Of a DNA stretch of 64,000 nucleotides, positions 1 to 9,614 are shown piece by piece. The translations under genes and the position numbers were made by a program. Below the pieces are notes generated by a model. That model did not search any database. It worked only from the letters and a program-made list of their open reading frames with translations, and was not told where the DNA came from. Each line of letters begins with the position of its first letter. The stretch's first letter is position 1. This stretch comes from an uncultured bacterium (GTDB lineage: Bacteria; Verrucomicrobiota; Kiritimatiellia; RFP12; UBA1067): the NCBI GenBank assembly GCA_902800055.1, contig CADCCW010000007.1, forward strand, positions 3,788 to 67,787, given 5' to 3'.

Positions 1-218
1 ACCTCTCGCTTTCCGACTGGTGCCGCGCGCATCCGCGCCACCGCCGCATCAACGGCGCGCCGGTGATGGAGCACGCGCTCAACTCGCGCTGGTGGCGCGG
101 CCGCCACTTCAAGATCGGCTTCTGCGACGAGGGCGTCTTCACCCACAACCGCTTCGACGACAGCTGGCGGCCGGAGCACGCGGCGTTCAACGCGGCGATT
201 TCGGAGGAGAAAAGGTGA
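1..218 (+). CDS. 3' end of an upstream CDS (partial, product unknown)
   Basis: Frame 3 is open from the window edge to TGA 216-218 (...FKIGFCDEGVFTHNRFDDSWRPEHAAFNAAISEEKR*). The stop overlaps the GTG of the next gene (GTGA). The ORF-track frame upstream of 215 translates to Arg/Pro/Ala-rich junk. Confidence 0.4.
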   Translation, partial: LSLSDWCRAHPRHRRINGAPVMEHALNSRWWRGRHFKIGFCDEGVFTHNRFDDSWRPEHAAFNAAISEEKR

Positions 219-1216
219 AGATCGGCGTCGTCATCCCGGCCTACAACGCCGAGCGCTTCGTGGCCGACTCGCTCGGCTCGCTCCGGGCGCAGACCTGCGC
301 CGACTGGGAGGCGTACGTGATGGACGACGGCTCGCGCGACGGCACGCTCGCCGCCGTGCGCGCATTTGCCGCGGAGGACCCGCGCATCCACGTCTGGAGC
401 CGCGAGAACCGCGGGCTGGTGGCCACGATGAACGAGTTGCTGGACCGGCTGGACGACTCCGTGGACCGCGTCGCCTTCCTTGACATCGACGACTTCATCC
501 ACCCCGAGACGTACGCCGTCCTCTCCGCCGCGCTCGACCGCGCCGACGCCGATGTCGCCGAGTGCTCGATCGTCCATGTGCCCGCGGGCGCATCGCCGGC
601 CGAGGTGTTTGCGCGGCCGGTCGGGTCGCCGCCGGAGCGGGTGATCGGCGACATGTCCGTCTACTGGCTTCGGCGCACCTCGCCCGACGGCTGGATCAAC
701 AAGCAGAACAAGCTCTACCGCCGGGATGCGATCCGCGGGCTGAGGTTCCGTCCGTCGCTATCCTACGAGGACGACAACTTCTTCGCCTGCGAGGTGAACG
801 CGGCAATTCGGCGCAAGGTGAAGGTCGACGCCGCGCTCTACGCGTACCGCGACAATCCGTCGAGCGCCACTTCGTCGATCCCGTTCCGCGAGTACGTGCG
901 CTCCACCCTGGAGCGCATCCGCCTGAGCCACGAGGTGTTCCTCGTCCCCGGGCGCGTCCCCGCGGCACTTGTCGCCGAATACCGCGCCGACCTTGCGCGC
1001 GACGCCTACCGGATGTGCATTCGCAAGAATCTGCGCAGGAACCGAGACGCCGCGTCGCGCCGCGAGCTTTTCCTCTACGCCGGCGATGCGCTCGGGCGGC
1101 TCGAGCGCGACTACGGCTTTTCCCCCGCCGGACTCGGCCCGCTGCAGCGGCTCGTCTACTCCGCCTGCCGCCGCGGCCGCTACCGCCTTGCCAGCCTCCT
1201 CGCCCCGCTGGCCTGA
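215..1216 (+). CDS. family 2 glycosyltransferase
   Basis: VKIGVVIPAYNAERF...YVMDDGSRDGT...FLDIDDF is the GT2 (GT-A, DxD) signature. GGAGGAG SD at 203-209 precedes GTG 215. The ORF-track start at 20 is upstream read-through. Confidence 0.85.
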   Translation: MKIGVVIPAYNAERFVADSLGSLRAQTCADWEAYVMDDGSRDGTLAAVRAFAAEDPRIHVWSRENRGLVATMNELLDRLDDSVDRVAFLDIDDFIHPETYAVLSAALDRADADVAECSIVHVPAGASPAEVFARPVGSPPERVIGDMSVYWLRRTSPDGWINKQNKLYRRDAIRGLRFRPSLSYEDDNFFACEVNAAIRRKVKVDAALYAYRDNPSSATSSIPFREYVRSTLERIRLSHEVFLVPGRVPAALVAEYRADLARDAYRMCIRKNLRRNRDAASRRELFLYAGDALGRLERDYGFSPAGLGPLQRLVYSACRRGRYRLASLLAPLA

Positions 1217-1254
1217 CGCGCAGCTTCGCGTCCTTGCGCGCGTGCATGGGAATT

Positions 1255-1263
1255 TGGTATAAT
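1255..1263 (+). promoter_or_regulatory. extended -10 promoter (TGGTATAAT) for P1
   Basis: Same 9-mer recurs upstream of many genes in this window. Here it is followed by a 23-nt leader with AAAGGAGAG SD and ATG 1287. Confidence 0.55.
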
Positions 1264-1286
1264 TCGTGCCAGTGAAAAGGAGAGTC

Positions 1287-3764
1287 ATGATGAACAGCGT
1301 CAAGAAACTCGCGTATGGTTTTATCTTGTCTGCGGTCATGCTGTGCGTGGCAGGCGCATCGGCGGCGACTGCGGAAGGCGAATGGACGAAATCGACCTGG
1401 ACTACGTTCACCGCGTCGCCCGACGCCATTTCCCGCCCCAAGTACATCGCCGCCGACAGGCCCTACACCGACTTCATATTTTGCGACGGCTACGCGAACA
1501 CATCGGCGGCCGGCAACCTCGGCAACGGCCGCGTCCTGGCCTGGGAATTCCCGCGCAAGGCGACGCTGACCGGCGTCAAGCTGTATTCGAACCACAAGGA
1601 CACCGGCCGCGACGACATCCGCCTCGCCTCCGTGCAGGTCAAGTACACGGCCGACGGTGCATGGGAGACGCTCGCGAACTCCGCGGTAACGCACAACCAC
1701 TCAAGCACGATGCAGAATAAGCTCTACGCCGGCTTCGCCGCGCCGGACGGCTACAACCTGGCCGAGGACGTGGTGGCGGTCAGGCTGGTCTTCGCCGCAA
1801 ACCAGGAGAACAGCTGCATCACCCTGGCTGAGGCCGAGCTGCTCGGCTCGATTGAACCCCCATCTGAACCCGAGGAGCCGAGCCCCTACGTCTGGACGGC
1901 CGGCGGCTATGTGCCGGGGTCGTGGACGCCGCTTGTCGCCGAAAGCAACATGATGGCCTACTGCACCTCCATCCTGAAAGGTAGCACGACCACTTCGTCC
2001 TACGACGCGATGACCGACCAGTCGGTCGCGCAGTTCAACGCATATGTCCCCAACAACAATACCATGTCCTGGCTCTTCGACCAACCGTTCGACCTCTACG
2101 AGTTCCGCGTCTTCTCCCGCTGGGGCGACGGCGGCCGCGACGACATCGCGATCATGAAGTTCGAGACGCGCGACGAGAACGGCGTCTGGACGGTTCGCAC
2201 CGACTCCGATAACTATGCGGTTGTTGGCGTCGACACGGGCATCGATACCGGGACCGCGAGGGCGGGCTCGAACTACGCGTTCCTGCGGCGCAACGACGGC
2301 GAGCCGATCGCGCGCGGTGTCACCGGCATTCGCGTCTTTTCGTACTACTACCTCAACGACCCATGCTGGGCCGAGGTCGAGGCGGAGGGCTTCATGCCGG
2401 CGGGACCGGCCATCTTCGACGCGCGGTCGGTCGCCGTCTCCAACAACTGCTTCAAGGTCGACTGGACGGCGCAGCTATCGAGCCTGGGCGCGAGCGACTC
2501 GGCGACGGTCAACCTCTGGACGAGTACCAACGGCGTGGACTATTCCCTGGCGGACTCGGCCCTTGTCACCGAGACCGGCGTGGACTATGCCTTCACCAAG
2601 ACATTCGACGCCGTGGGCCTGACGATCAGCTACCGCTTCGAGACCATCAACACCAACGCCACCAGAAGCTGGTGCTCGACGAACGAAGTCGCGATGTTCG
2701 TCAACCACGACAACTCGACCTACTACTGGCGGCCGTCGGTCGCCTCCGGCTCCTGGGAGGACGCCTCCAGCTGGTCGAACAGCCTCAACGATGCCCGGCT
2801 CCCATATCCTTCCCAGCAGTACGCGACGGCGAGCTTCGCCCTCATTGACCAGGCCCAATCGGTCGAGGCCACGGTCGGCGCCTCGCACACGGTGCGGTTC
2901 GTGCCGCCGCCGTCGGCCGCGGCAGTTTTGACGCTGAAGGGCGACTCGTCCGTGACGCTGGAGTTCGCCAGGCTTAATGGGACGCTGGTGGGGACGAACG
3001 TCCTGGATGGACTCGTCGTCCGCTATCCCGACCGGCCGATCCTCGCCGCCGGCGCGCGCATCAAGGCGCGGAACGGCGCCAAGTGCTACATCCTGCCGTC
3101 CAACAGCTGCGGGCAGCACGCCGGCATCGAGCTTTATTCCGGCGCGAAGCTGAACATCCCCGCCTCCGTTGCCGCCAACGATACGCAGTATTTCGCCGCC
3201 GATTTCGAGATCGTCCTTGACGGCGGTTCGGTCGAGAACGCCGGCTACTTCATCTGGTCCGGCAGCGGATATGGCCGTGCCAACCGCGGGCACATCGTCT
3301 TCCGTCCGGGCGGCGGACAGTTCCTGGCGCCAGGCAGCCACAACATGCTGGTTAGCGGCGCACGCTGCGAGATGCGCTACGAGCTGCCGGGCGGCAACTG
3401 GAGCGGATATGCGGCCGCGCCGCTGCAGCCCGGGGACGTCAATGGCGACCATCGGTTCGGACGGGTAACCGGCAGCGGAACCTTCTTTGTGAACGTCGTC
3501 TTCGGGGAGGACAAACCATGGCGCAAGGCGGAAGTCCCGCTCATCCGGAAGACCAACAACAACGGGATCATCACGAACAACTTCGCCTTCGCGGCCTTTG
3601 GGACGAACCTGACCGCTAACGAGCGCAACGACAAGGGTGACTACTTCTACTGGACCTACGGCAAGAACGACACCCTCGAACCGGCAAACGCCGGCGACCT
3701 GCCGACGGGCCTGAGCTTCCACTACGCCGGCCGCCCCGACGGCTCGGTGTACTACCTGCGATAG
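1287..3764 (+). CDS. large secreted protein P1 with two discoidin (F5/8 type C)-like domains and a beta-rich C-terminal region
   Basis: SD plus ATG 1287. Signal peptide is MMNSVKKLAYGFILSAVMLCVAGASAATAEGEW. Two domains end in ITLAEAELLG and CWAEVEAEG, with GRDDI repeated. C-terminus is GSVYYLR*. Confidence 0.8.
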   Translation: MMNSVKKLAYGFILSAVMLCVAGASAATAEGEWTKSTWTTFTASPDAISRPKYIAADRPYTDFIFCDGYANTSAAGNLGNGRVLAWEFPRKATLTGVKLYSNHKDTGRDDIRLASVQVKYTADGAWETLANSAVTHNHSSTMQNKLYAGFAAPDGYNLAEDVVAVRLVFAANQENSCITLAEAELLGSIEPPSEPEEPSPYVWTAGGYVPGSWTPLVAESNMMAYCTSILKGSTTTSSYDAMTDQSVAQFNAYVPNNNTMSWLFDQPFDLYEFRVFSRWGDGGRDDIAIMKFETRDENGVWTVRTDSDNYAVVGVDTGIDTGTARAGSNYAFLRRNDGEPIARGVTGIRVFSYYYLNDPCWAEVEAEGFMPAGPAIFDARSVAVSNNCFKVDWTAQLSSLGASDSATVNLWTSTNGVDYSLADSALVTETGVDYAFTKTFDAVGLTISYRFETINTNATRSWCSTNEVAMFVNHDNSTYYWRPSVASGSWEDASSWSNSLNDARLPYPSQQYATASFALIDQAQSVEATVGASHTVRFVPPPSAAAVLTLKGDSSVTLEFARLNGTLVGTNVLDGLVVRYPDRPILAAGARIKARNGAKCYILPSNSCGQHAGIELYSGAKLNIPASVAANDTQYFAADFEIVLDGGSVENAGYFIWSGSGYGRANRGHIVFRPGGGQFLAPGSHNMLVSGARCEMRYELPGGNWSGYAAAPLQPGDVNGDHRFGRVTGSGTFFVNVVFGEDKPWRKAEVPLIRKTNNNGIITNNFAFAAFGTNLTANERNDKGDYFYWTYGKNDTLEPANAGDLPTGLSFHYAGRPDGSVYYLR

Positions 3765-3833
3765 CTCCGCGGCAGTTTTGCCTCGTGCGGAGACGCAGAG
3801 ACGTAGAGGATTGTTTGGTTATTTTGAGTTTTT

Positions 3834-3906
3834 AACACACGGATTGGTTCGCGACTACGTCGCTCACAGATGGCGAAGGTCGTAGACCTGAGCAAATCAG
3901 TGTGTT
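3834..3906 (+). repeat. hairpin repeat copy A (about 73 nt; AACACACGGATTGG ... CAAATCAGTGTGTT arms)
   Basis: Near-identical to 15960-16032. The inner 41 nt (GTTCGCGACTACGTCGCTCACAGATGGCGAAGGTCGTAGAC) are identical in both copies. The arms have 2 mismatches in this copy. Lies 70 nt after the P1 stop. Confidence 0.8.
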
Positions 3907-3955
3907 ACAACTATTCTCCGCCCCTCGCCGCGCCTTGCGCGCGTGCGCGATAATT

Positions 3956-3964
3956 TGGTATAAT
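3956..3964 (+). promoter_or_regulatory. extended -10 promoter (TGGTATAAT), leaderless ACT-domain gene
   Basis: The hexamer ends 6 nt before ATG 3971 and there is no SD in between. Confidence 0.6.
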
Positions 3965-3970
3965 ACCCGC

Positions 3971-4411
3971 ATGCAAATCAGACAGATATCGATATTTCTC
4001 CAGAACCAGCCCGGGCAGCTCAGCCAGATCTGCCGCGCTTTGGCCGACGCAGACATCAACATCGCGACGCTTTCGCTCGCCGACACCAGCGACTTCGGCA
4101 TCGTCCGGATGATCGTGGATGACCACGAGCGCGCCAAGGACGTGCTTGCCGCGGCCGGTCACGCGGTCAACGTGACCGAGGTGGTCGCCGTCTGCGTGCC
4201 GGACCGTCCGGGCGGCATGGCCGGCGTGATGCAGGTCCTCGACCGCGCCGGCGTGGACATCGAGTACAGCTACGCCTTCGCCTTCCACAAGGGCGAGAAG
4301 GCGGTGCTGGTGTTCCGGTTCGACGACAACGCCGCCGCCGCCAAGGCGCTGGCCGACGCCGGCTACATGACGCTGAACGAGGAGGAGGCGGTCGCCTCCG
4401 CCGCGCAGTAG
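3971..4411 (+). CDS. ACT domain-containing protein (two ACT repeats)
   Basis: MQIRQISIFLQNQPGQLSQICRALADADINIATLSLADT... and a second VCVPDRPGGMAGVMQVLDRAGVDIEY repeat. The ORF-track start at 3902 would translate the promoter (IIWYNT). Confidence 0.8.
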   Translation: MQIRQISIFLQNQPGQLSQICRALADADINIATLSLADTSDFGIVRMIVDDHERAKDVLAAAGHAVNVTEVVAVCVPDRPGGMAGVMQVLDRAGVDIEYSYAFAFHKGEKAVLVFRFDDNAAAAKALADAGYMTLNEEEAVASAAQ

Positions 4412-4421
4412 CCCCACGGCC

Positions 4422-5834
4422 ATGTCGGTATCCTACATTTCGACGCGCACCGGCGAGCAGGCGTCCGGCGTCGAGACCGTCTTCCGCGGGCTCGCTCGCG
4501 ACGGCGGGCTGTATCTGCCCGTGGGCGTCGGCGAGATCGCCGGCATCCGCTCCGCCGACACGCTGCGCAGGGCGGAGGAGCTGGTGCTCGCGGAGTTCTT
4601 CGGCGACATGCCCGAGGGCGTCCGCAACGACGCCGTGGAGCGGCTCCTCTCGCGCTTTCCCGCCGCCGACCCGGTGCCGGTGGTCGAGAAGGGCGCGCTC
4701 CATTTCCTCGAGCTCTTCCACGGCCGCACCGGCGCGTTCAAGGACGTTGCGCTGTCGATGCTGCCGGTCTTCATGCGCTATGCCGCCGCCGGCCGCCGCG
4801 TGCTGGTGCTGACGGCGACGAGCGGCGACACCGGCTCCGCGGCGATGCAGGGCTTCGCCGGCGTGGATGGCACGGAGATCGCGGTCTTCTATCCGGCGGA
4901 GGGCACCTCGCGCGTGCAGCGGCTCCAGATGACGACGCCGTCCGAGCCCAACGTCCACGCGATCGGCATCCGCGGCAACTTCGACGATGCGCAGACGGCG
5001 GTGAAGCGCATTTTCTCCGATCCGGCGATCGCGGCGGAGGCGGCGGCGCACGGGGTTACGCTCTCGAGCGCCAACTCGATCAACACCGGGCGGCTGGTGC
5101 CGCAGGTGGCGTACTACGCGCTCGCCGGCGCGCGGCTGGGGCGCGAGTTCGACGTGGTGGTGCCGTCCGGCAACTTCGGCAACATCCTCGCCGCCTGGTA
5201 CGCGAAGCGCGTCGGCGCGCCGATTAGGCGGCTTGTCGTGGCCTCGAACGTGAACGACGTCCTCGCGCGATTCGTGAAGACGGGGATCTACGAGCCGGGG
5301 CCGGACTTCACGGTCACCAACTCCCCCTCGATGGACATCCGCATCTCGTCCAACGTCGAGCGGCTTCTCTGGGAGCTCAACTTCGACGGCGACGCCGCGG
5401 CGGCCTGCGCGGCGACGGCGCGGCTGATGTCCGACCTCCGGGAGAAGGGCCGATACGAGCTTTCCGCCGCGGCGAAGGCACGGCTCCTTGCCGAGTTCGA
5501 AGGGGGAGTGGCGACTCCGGAGGAAACCGAAGGGGAGATGCGCCGCCTGCGCGACGAGGAGGGGTATCTCGTCGACCCGCACACCGCGGTCGGCTCGTTC
5601 GTGGCGCGCCGGCTCGGGTATCCGCGTGACGGCGTCCCGTGCGTTATCGCCGCGACTGCCACGCCCTACAAGTTTCCCGAGACCTGCCGCCGCGCCTACG
5701 GCGAGGACGTTCTCGTCGATCCGCCGCCGTCCGTGGCCGGGCTGGAGCGGATGCCGGTCGCCCAGAAGCGCGTCTGCGACGTCGGGGAGATGGACGCGGT
5801 GGTGCGCGGGCTGATCGAAGGGGGCGTACAATGA
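4422..5834 (+). CDS. thrC: threonine synthase
   Basis: YISTRTGEQ...GLARDGGLYLP N-terminus, PLP-lysine context HGRTGAFKDVAL, and SSANSIN motif. 470 aa. Confidence 0.93.
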   Translation: MSVSYISTRTGEQASGVETVFRGLARDGGLYLPVGVGEIAGIRSADTLRRAEELVLAEFFGDMPEGVRNDAVERLLSRFPAADPVPVVEKGALHFLELFHGRTGAFKDVALSMLPVFMRYAAAGRRVLVLTATSGDTGSAAMQGFAGVDGTEIAVFYPAEGTSRVQRLQMTTPSEPNVHAIGIRGNFDDAQTAVKRIFSDPAIAAEAAAHGVTLSSANSINTGRLVPQVAYYALAGARLGREFDVVVPSGNFGNILAAWYAKRVGAPIRRLVVASNVNDVLARFVKTGIYEPGPDFTVTNSPSMDIRISSNVERLLWELNFDGDAAAACAATARLMSDLREKGRYELSAAAKARLLAEFEGGVATPEETEGEMRRLRDEEGYLVDPHTAVGSFVARRLGYPRDGVPCVIAATATPYKFPETCRRAYGEDVLVDPPPSVAGLERMPVAQKRVCDVGEMDAVVRGLIEGGVQ

Positions 5835-7300
5835 CGGCTTTTCGGTCTGCGCTGGCGGCCGCGGCGCTTTCCGCGGCGCTTTCTGCGGGGGCGAGTCCGG
5901 TGTGGGTGCAGGGCGAGTCGCTCGCGCCCGGGGTGGCGACGATGACCGCGCGGGTCGAGACGCCGCGGAAAATCCGGTTCTTCGCGGTCAAGGTGGACAT
6001 GAAGACGGCGGACATCGGCTTTGTCGCGACCGGCCGCGCAAGCGGCTGGGGGCGTCCGCTCGAAGAGGCGCCGACGCTCTACGACGGCCGCGGCGAGAAG
6101 ATCGAGCCGGCCGACGTGCGCACCCGGCGCGAGACGCCGGCGGAGTTCCTGCAGCGCGGCGGCAAGGGGGCGCTCTTCGCGTTCGCGACGCGCGCGACGC
6201 GCCATCCGTATTCCGGCGACTTCGCGGACCCGAGGGGCCTTTTCATCGCCAACGGCGTGGTGGTGAGCAACTCCAAGCATGGGCGCGGGCCGGTGTTCGC
6301 GGTGCGCCGCGGAGGCGAGCTGGAGATCGCCGACCGCATCATGCAGGCCGAGGTGCCGGATCTCCTCTTCGCGCAGACGGGAGACGTGGTGATCCGCCGC
6401 GACGGACGCGACACGGTCTCGCCCGAGCGCCGCAACATCGCGCCGTGTCTCGCGGTCGGGCTTTCGGAGGACCGGAAGCAGTTCTTCGTGGTCACGGCCG
6501 ACGACGGCGAGAAGATTGCGGGCGGAACGGGAGCGGACTACCACGACATGAACGACGCGCTCGAGGCGCTCGGGGTGTCAGACGCAATCAGCTTCGAGCA
6601 CGGGAGCGCGATCGGGGTGTTTGCGGCCGGAAGAGACGGAGGGCCGCGGCAGCTCAACCAGCTGGGACCGAATCCGAACGCATCGCGCGCCGTCTCCTGC
6701 CTCGGGGTGACGCTGGGGCGGCCGAAGGGCGCGGGAGAGCCGCCGCCCAAGGTGAACCCGGCGCAGGTGAAGGGGGCGCTCGTGATGCCGAAGGTGACGC
6801 CGATGAAGGGGCGCAACCGCGGTGCCGAGCTGACGCTGGGAATGCAGGTTAAGGCGAATCTCAAGGGCGAGTTGCCGCGTATCAAGCGGCCGGTGCTCAG
6901 CGTCTCGGCGCTTTTCGAGACCGACGGCCTCTGGCGCAGCTACGACGTGGTGCTGACCGACCAGAAGACTCCGCACGGAATCAACATCAGCGCCGAGCAG
7001 ACTCCGGCCGGAGTGTCCGAATGGCAGCCGGAGGTGACGCTGAAGGACTGGAAGTCGCCGGTGTTCGGCGACGCGAAGCACGGACTTTTCAAGGGCTGCG
7101 GGATATCGTCGTCGTCCGCCAAGCTCATCGCGTGGCGGCTGGAGCTGTGGCAGAACGGCGGGCTGGTGGCGGCGAGCGAGTCGGACCAGAAGCAGCTCCG
7201 GAAGCTGGGCGTGCCCGAGGACTGGCACGTGAAGGGCAAGTACGCCGGCAAGATAACCTACCGCTGGCCGCCGCCGCCGGACAAGGACAAGAAGAAGTAG
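5831..7300 (+). CDS. secreted phosphodiester glycosidase (DUF2233/NAGPA)-like protein
   Basis: ATG 5831 overlaps the thrC stop (ATGA). Signal peptide is MTAFRSALAAAALSAALSAGASP. The core (FAVKVDMKTADIGF ... GLFIANGVVV ... CLAVGLSEDRKQFFVVTADDG ... ALEALGVSDAISFEHGSA) resembles DUF2233. Lys-rich tail. Confidence 0.6.
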   Translation: MTAFRSALAAAALSAALSAGASPVWVQGESLAPGVATMTARVETPRKIRFFAVKVDMKTADIGFVATGRASGWGRPLEEAPTLYDGRGEKIEPADVRTRRETPAEFLQRGGKGALFAFATRATRHPYSGDFADPRGLFIANGVVVSNSKHGRGPVFAVRRGGELEIADRIMQAEVPDLLFAQTGDVVIRRDGRDTVSPERRNIAPCLAVGLSEDRKQFFVVTADDGEKIAGGTGADYHDMNDALEALGVSDAISFEHGSAIGVFAAGRDGGPRQLNQLGPNPNASRAVSCLGVTLGRPKGAGEPPPKVNPAQVKGALVMPKVTPMKGRNRGAELTLGMQVKANLKGELPRIKRPVLSVSALFETDGLWRSYDVVLTDQKTPHGINISAEQTPAGVSEWQPEVTLKDWKSPVFGDAKHGLFKGCGISSSSAKLIAWRLELWQNGGLVAASESDQKQLRKLGVPEDWHVKGKYAGKITYRWPPPPDKDKKK

Positions 7301-7301
7301 C

Positions 7302-7931
7302 ATGAAGATCAAGACTGCGGTCGTGAACGGGGCGGAGATCTCCGCGGAGGCGGTCGAGTTCGAGCTCGAGCGGCTGGTGAGGTTCTATTCGGCGCACGGC
7401 GCGTCGGCCGAGGAGGTGCGCGGGTGCTTGGGCCTGCTGCGCGAGAAGGCGCTCGAACAGGCGATCGGCGCGAAGCTGCTCCTGGACCGCTCGGCGGAGC
7501 TGGACATCCCGGTGACCGCGGCGGACGTGGACGCCGAGGTGGAGCGGGTGGTCGCGCAGATCGGCGGGCGCGAGGCGTACCTCGCGGCGCTGAAGGCGCA
7601 GGGTGTGAGCGAGGATGGCTTCCGCCGCGAGCTCGAGAAGGGCGCAAAGGTGAACAAGCTCGTCGAGCAGGCGTGCGCGTCGGTGGCGGAGCCGACCGAC
7701 GCCGAGATCGCCGCCTTCTTCGAGTCGCGCCGCGATGCGTACGCGAAGGAGAACCGCACGCTGGTGGACGCGCACGACGAGATCCGGGACTTGCTGCGGC
7801 ATGATGCACGGGGCAAGGCGATGGACGCGTTCGTCGCGGAGCTGAAGGCGGCGGCGAAGATCGAGTACAAGACGGTAGACTCTCCGCACCACGAGCACGG
7901 CTGCTCCTGCGGCTGCGGCCACCACCACTGA
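7302..7931 (+). CDS. SurA N-terminal domain-like chaperone lacking a PPIase domain, with a His/Cys-rich tail
   Basis: Helical SurA_N/PpiD-like pattern (EFELERLVRFY..., KALEQAIGAKLLL, EIAAFFESRRDAYA). C-terminus is HHEHGCSCGCGHHH*. Confidence 0.55.
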   Translation: MKIKTAVVNGAEISAEAVEFELERLVRFYSAHGASAEEVRGCLGLLREKALEQAIGAKLLLDRSAELDIPVTAADVDAEVERVVAQIGGREAYLAALKAQGVSEDGFRRELEKGAKVNKLVEQACASVAEPTDAEIAAFFESRRDAYAKENRTLVDAHDEIRDLLRHDARGKAMDAFVAELKAAAKIEYKTVDSPHHEHGCSCGCGHHH

Positions 7932-7949
7932 GGCGGCGGGAAGGACGAA

Positions 7950-8807
7950 ATGGATATCACCTCCTTCAGCAACCCCAAGATCAAGCACGTCGTCCGGCTG
8001 CGCAACCGCCGCGACCGCGACGAGGCGGGGGAGATGATTGTCGAGGGATACCGCGAATGCCGCCGCGCGCTCGACGCGGGGTATCGTCCGAAAGCGCTTT
8101 TCCACTGCCCCGAGATGTACCTCAAGAACGAGCACGAGGGCGCGATCGTGGAGGAGTGTGAGGCGCTGGGGGCGGACGTCTACACCTGCCCCGCGCCGAT
8201 CTTCGCGAAGATCGCCTACAAGGAGCGCCCAGACGGGCTGCTGATGATTGGCCCCCACGTGTCGCGGCGGCTCGTGGACCTCAAGCTGCCCGCGAACGCG
8301 CTGGTGATCGTCGCCGAGGCGATCGAGAAGCCGGGCAACCTCGGCACGATCCTCCGCTCGGCGGACGCGGCCGGCGCGGCGGCGGTGATCGTCTGCGACC
8401 GCGTGACCGACGTCCACAACCCGAACGTGGTGCGCGCCTCTACTGGCACGATGTTCACCGTGCCGATCGCCGAGGCGTCGAGCGACGAGGCGCTTGTGTG
8501 GCTGAAGGAGCGCGGATTCCGGATCCTGGCCGCGACGCCGCACGCCGAGAAGCTGCATTTCGAGGAGGACCTTTCCGGCAACGTGGCGATTGCGCTGGGC
8601 GCGGAGCAGTACGGGCTCACCGCGAAGTGGATGGACGGCGCGGACATCCGGGTCAGGATCCCGATGCTCGGCGTCGCCGACTCGCTCAACGTGAGCGCGG
8701 CGGCGGTCATCCTGGCCTACGAGGCGGTGCGGCAGCGCATCGCGTCCGGCGCGGCGGCGGTGCCGCCGGCCGAGCCGTGGCACGGCGAGGGCAAGATCGA
8801 CCATTGA
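7950..8807 (+). CDS. TrmH/SpoU family RNA 2'-O-methyltransferase
   Basis: KHVVRLRNRRDR, EGYRE, PGNLGTILRSADAAGAAAVI and DSLNVSAAAVILAYE are SpoU motifs. Confidence 0.85.
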   Translation: MDITSFSNPKIKHVVRLRNRRDRDEAGEMIVEGYRECRRALDAGYRPKALFHCPEMYLKNEHEGAIVEECEALGADVYTCPAPIFAKIAYKERPDGLLMIGPHVSRRLVDLKLPANALVIVAEAIEKPGNLGTILRSADAAGAAAVIVCDRVTDVHNPNVVRASTGTMFTVPIAEASSDEALVWLKERGFRILAATPHAEKLHFEEDLSGNVAIALGAEQYGLTAKWMDGADIRVRIPMLGVADSLNVSAAAVILAYEAVRQRIASGAAAVPPAEPWHGEGKIDH

Positions 8808-8834
8808 CGGCATTTTCAAACAAGGAGGAGAAAC

Positions 8835-9614
8835 ATGGCAAAGATTCATCCAACGGCAATAGTGGAAGACGGCGCGCAGCTCGGCGCGGACGTCGAGATC
8901 GGCCCGATGGCGCACGTCGGCCAGGACGTCAAGCTCGGCGACGGTGTCAGGGTGGCGCAGGGCGCGATCATCGACGGCCACACCACGATCGGGGCGATGT
9001 GCCAGATCTTCCCCTACGCCTGCATCGGCATGAAGACGCAGGACCTCAAGTACAAGGACGGCTCGGTCTCCTACGTCGAGATCGGCGAGCGCACGGTCAT
9101 CCGCGAGTTCGCCACCGTCCACCTCGGCACCGCCGACGGCGAGAAGACGGTGATCGGCTCCGACTGCCTCTTCATGTGCTACTGCCACGCGGCGCACGGG
9201 GTTATCCTCGGCAACCACTGCATCTGCTCGAACTCGGTGCAGCTTGCCGGCGACGTGCACCTCGACGACTACGCGATTGTCGGCGGCTGCTGCGCGGCGC
9301 ACCAGTTCTGCACCGTCGGCTGCCACGCGATGATCGGCGGCATGACCAAGATCCGCCAGGACGCGCCGCCGTACATGCTCTGCGACATGGTCGATGGCGC
9401 GATGAAGGTGATCGGCGTCAACGTGGTCGGCCTCACCCGGCGTGGGTTCAAGCGCGAGGTAATCCAGTCGCTCAAGGAGGCGCACCGCTTCATCTACCGC
9501 GACGGCCTCAACCGCACCCAGGCGCTCGAGCGGGTGGAGAACGACGTGGAGCAGACCGACGAGGTGAAGCGGCTCGTCGCCTTTTACCGCCACTCCCAGC
9601 GGGGCGTAGCATGA
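8835..9614 (+). CDS. lpxA: acyl-ACP--UDP-N-acetylglucosamine O-acyltransferase
   Basis: AAGGAGGAG SD. MAKIHPTAIVEDGAQLGADVEIGP hexapeptide repeats, HLGTADG, and C-terminal helical domain. 259 aa. Confidence 0.92.
   Translation: MAKIHPTAIVEDGAQLGADVEIGPMAHVGQDVKLGDGVRVAQGAIIDGHTTIGAMCQIFPYACIGMKTQDLKYKDGSVSYVEIGERTVIREFATVHLGTADGEKTVIGSDCLFMCYCHAAHGVILGNHCICSNSVQLAGDVHLDDYAIVGGCCAAHQFCTVGCHAMIGGMTKIRQDAPPYMLCDMVDGAMKVIGVNVVGLTRRGFKREVIQSLKEAHRFIYRDGLNRTQALERVENDVEQTDEVKRLVAFYRHSQRGVA

Noticed and set aside
7125-9593. Very long antisense or alternate-frame ORFs. Examples: 7125-9593(-), 4167-5831(-), 9584-11002(-), 11139-12989(-), 14323-15897(-), 19775-21616(-), 31721-33832(-), 31948-34674(+), 46673-49174(+), 55033-57219(+), 60303-62051(+), 53497-54855(-).
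   Set aside because: Their translations are Arg/Pro/Ala/Gly/His-rich with no recognisable motifs. Each lies opposite or out of frame to a gene with strong family signatures. This is typical stop-codon depletion in high-GC DNA.
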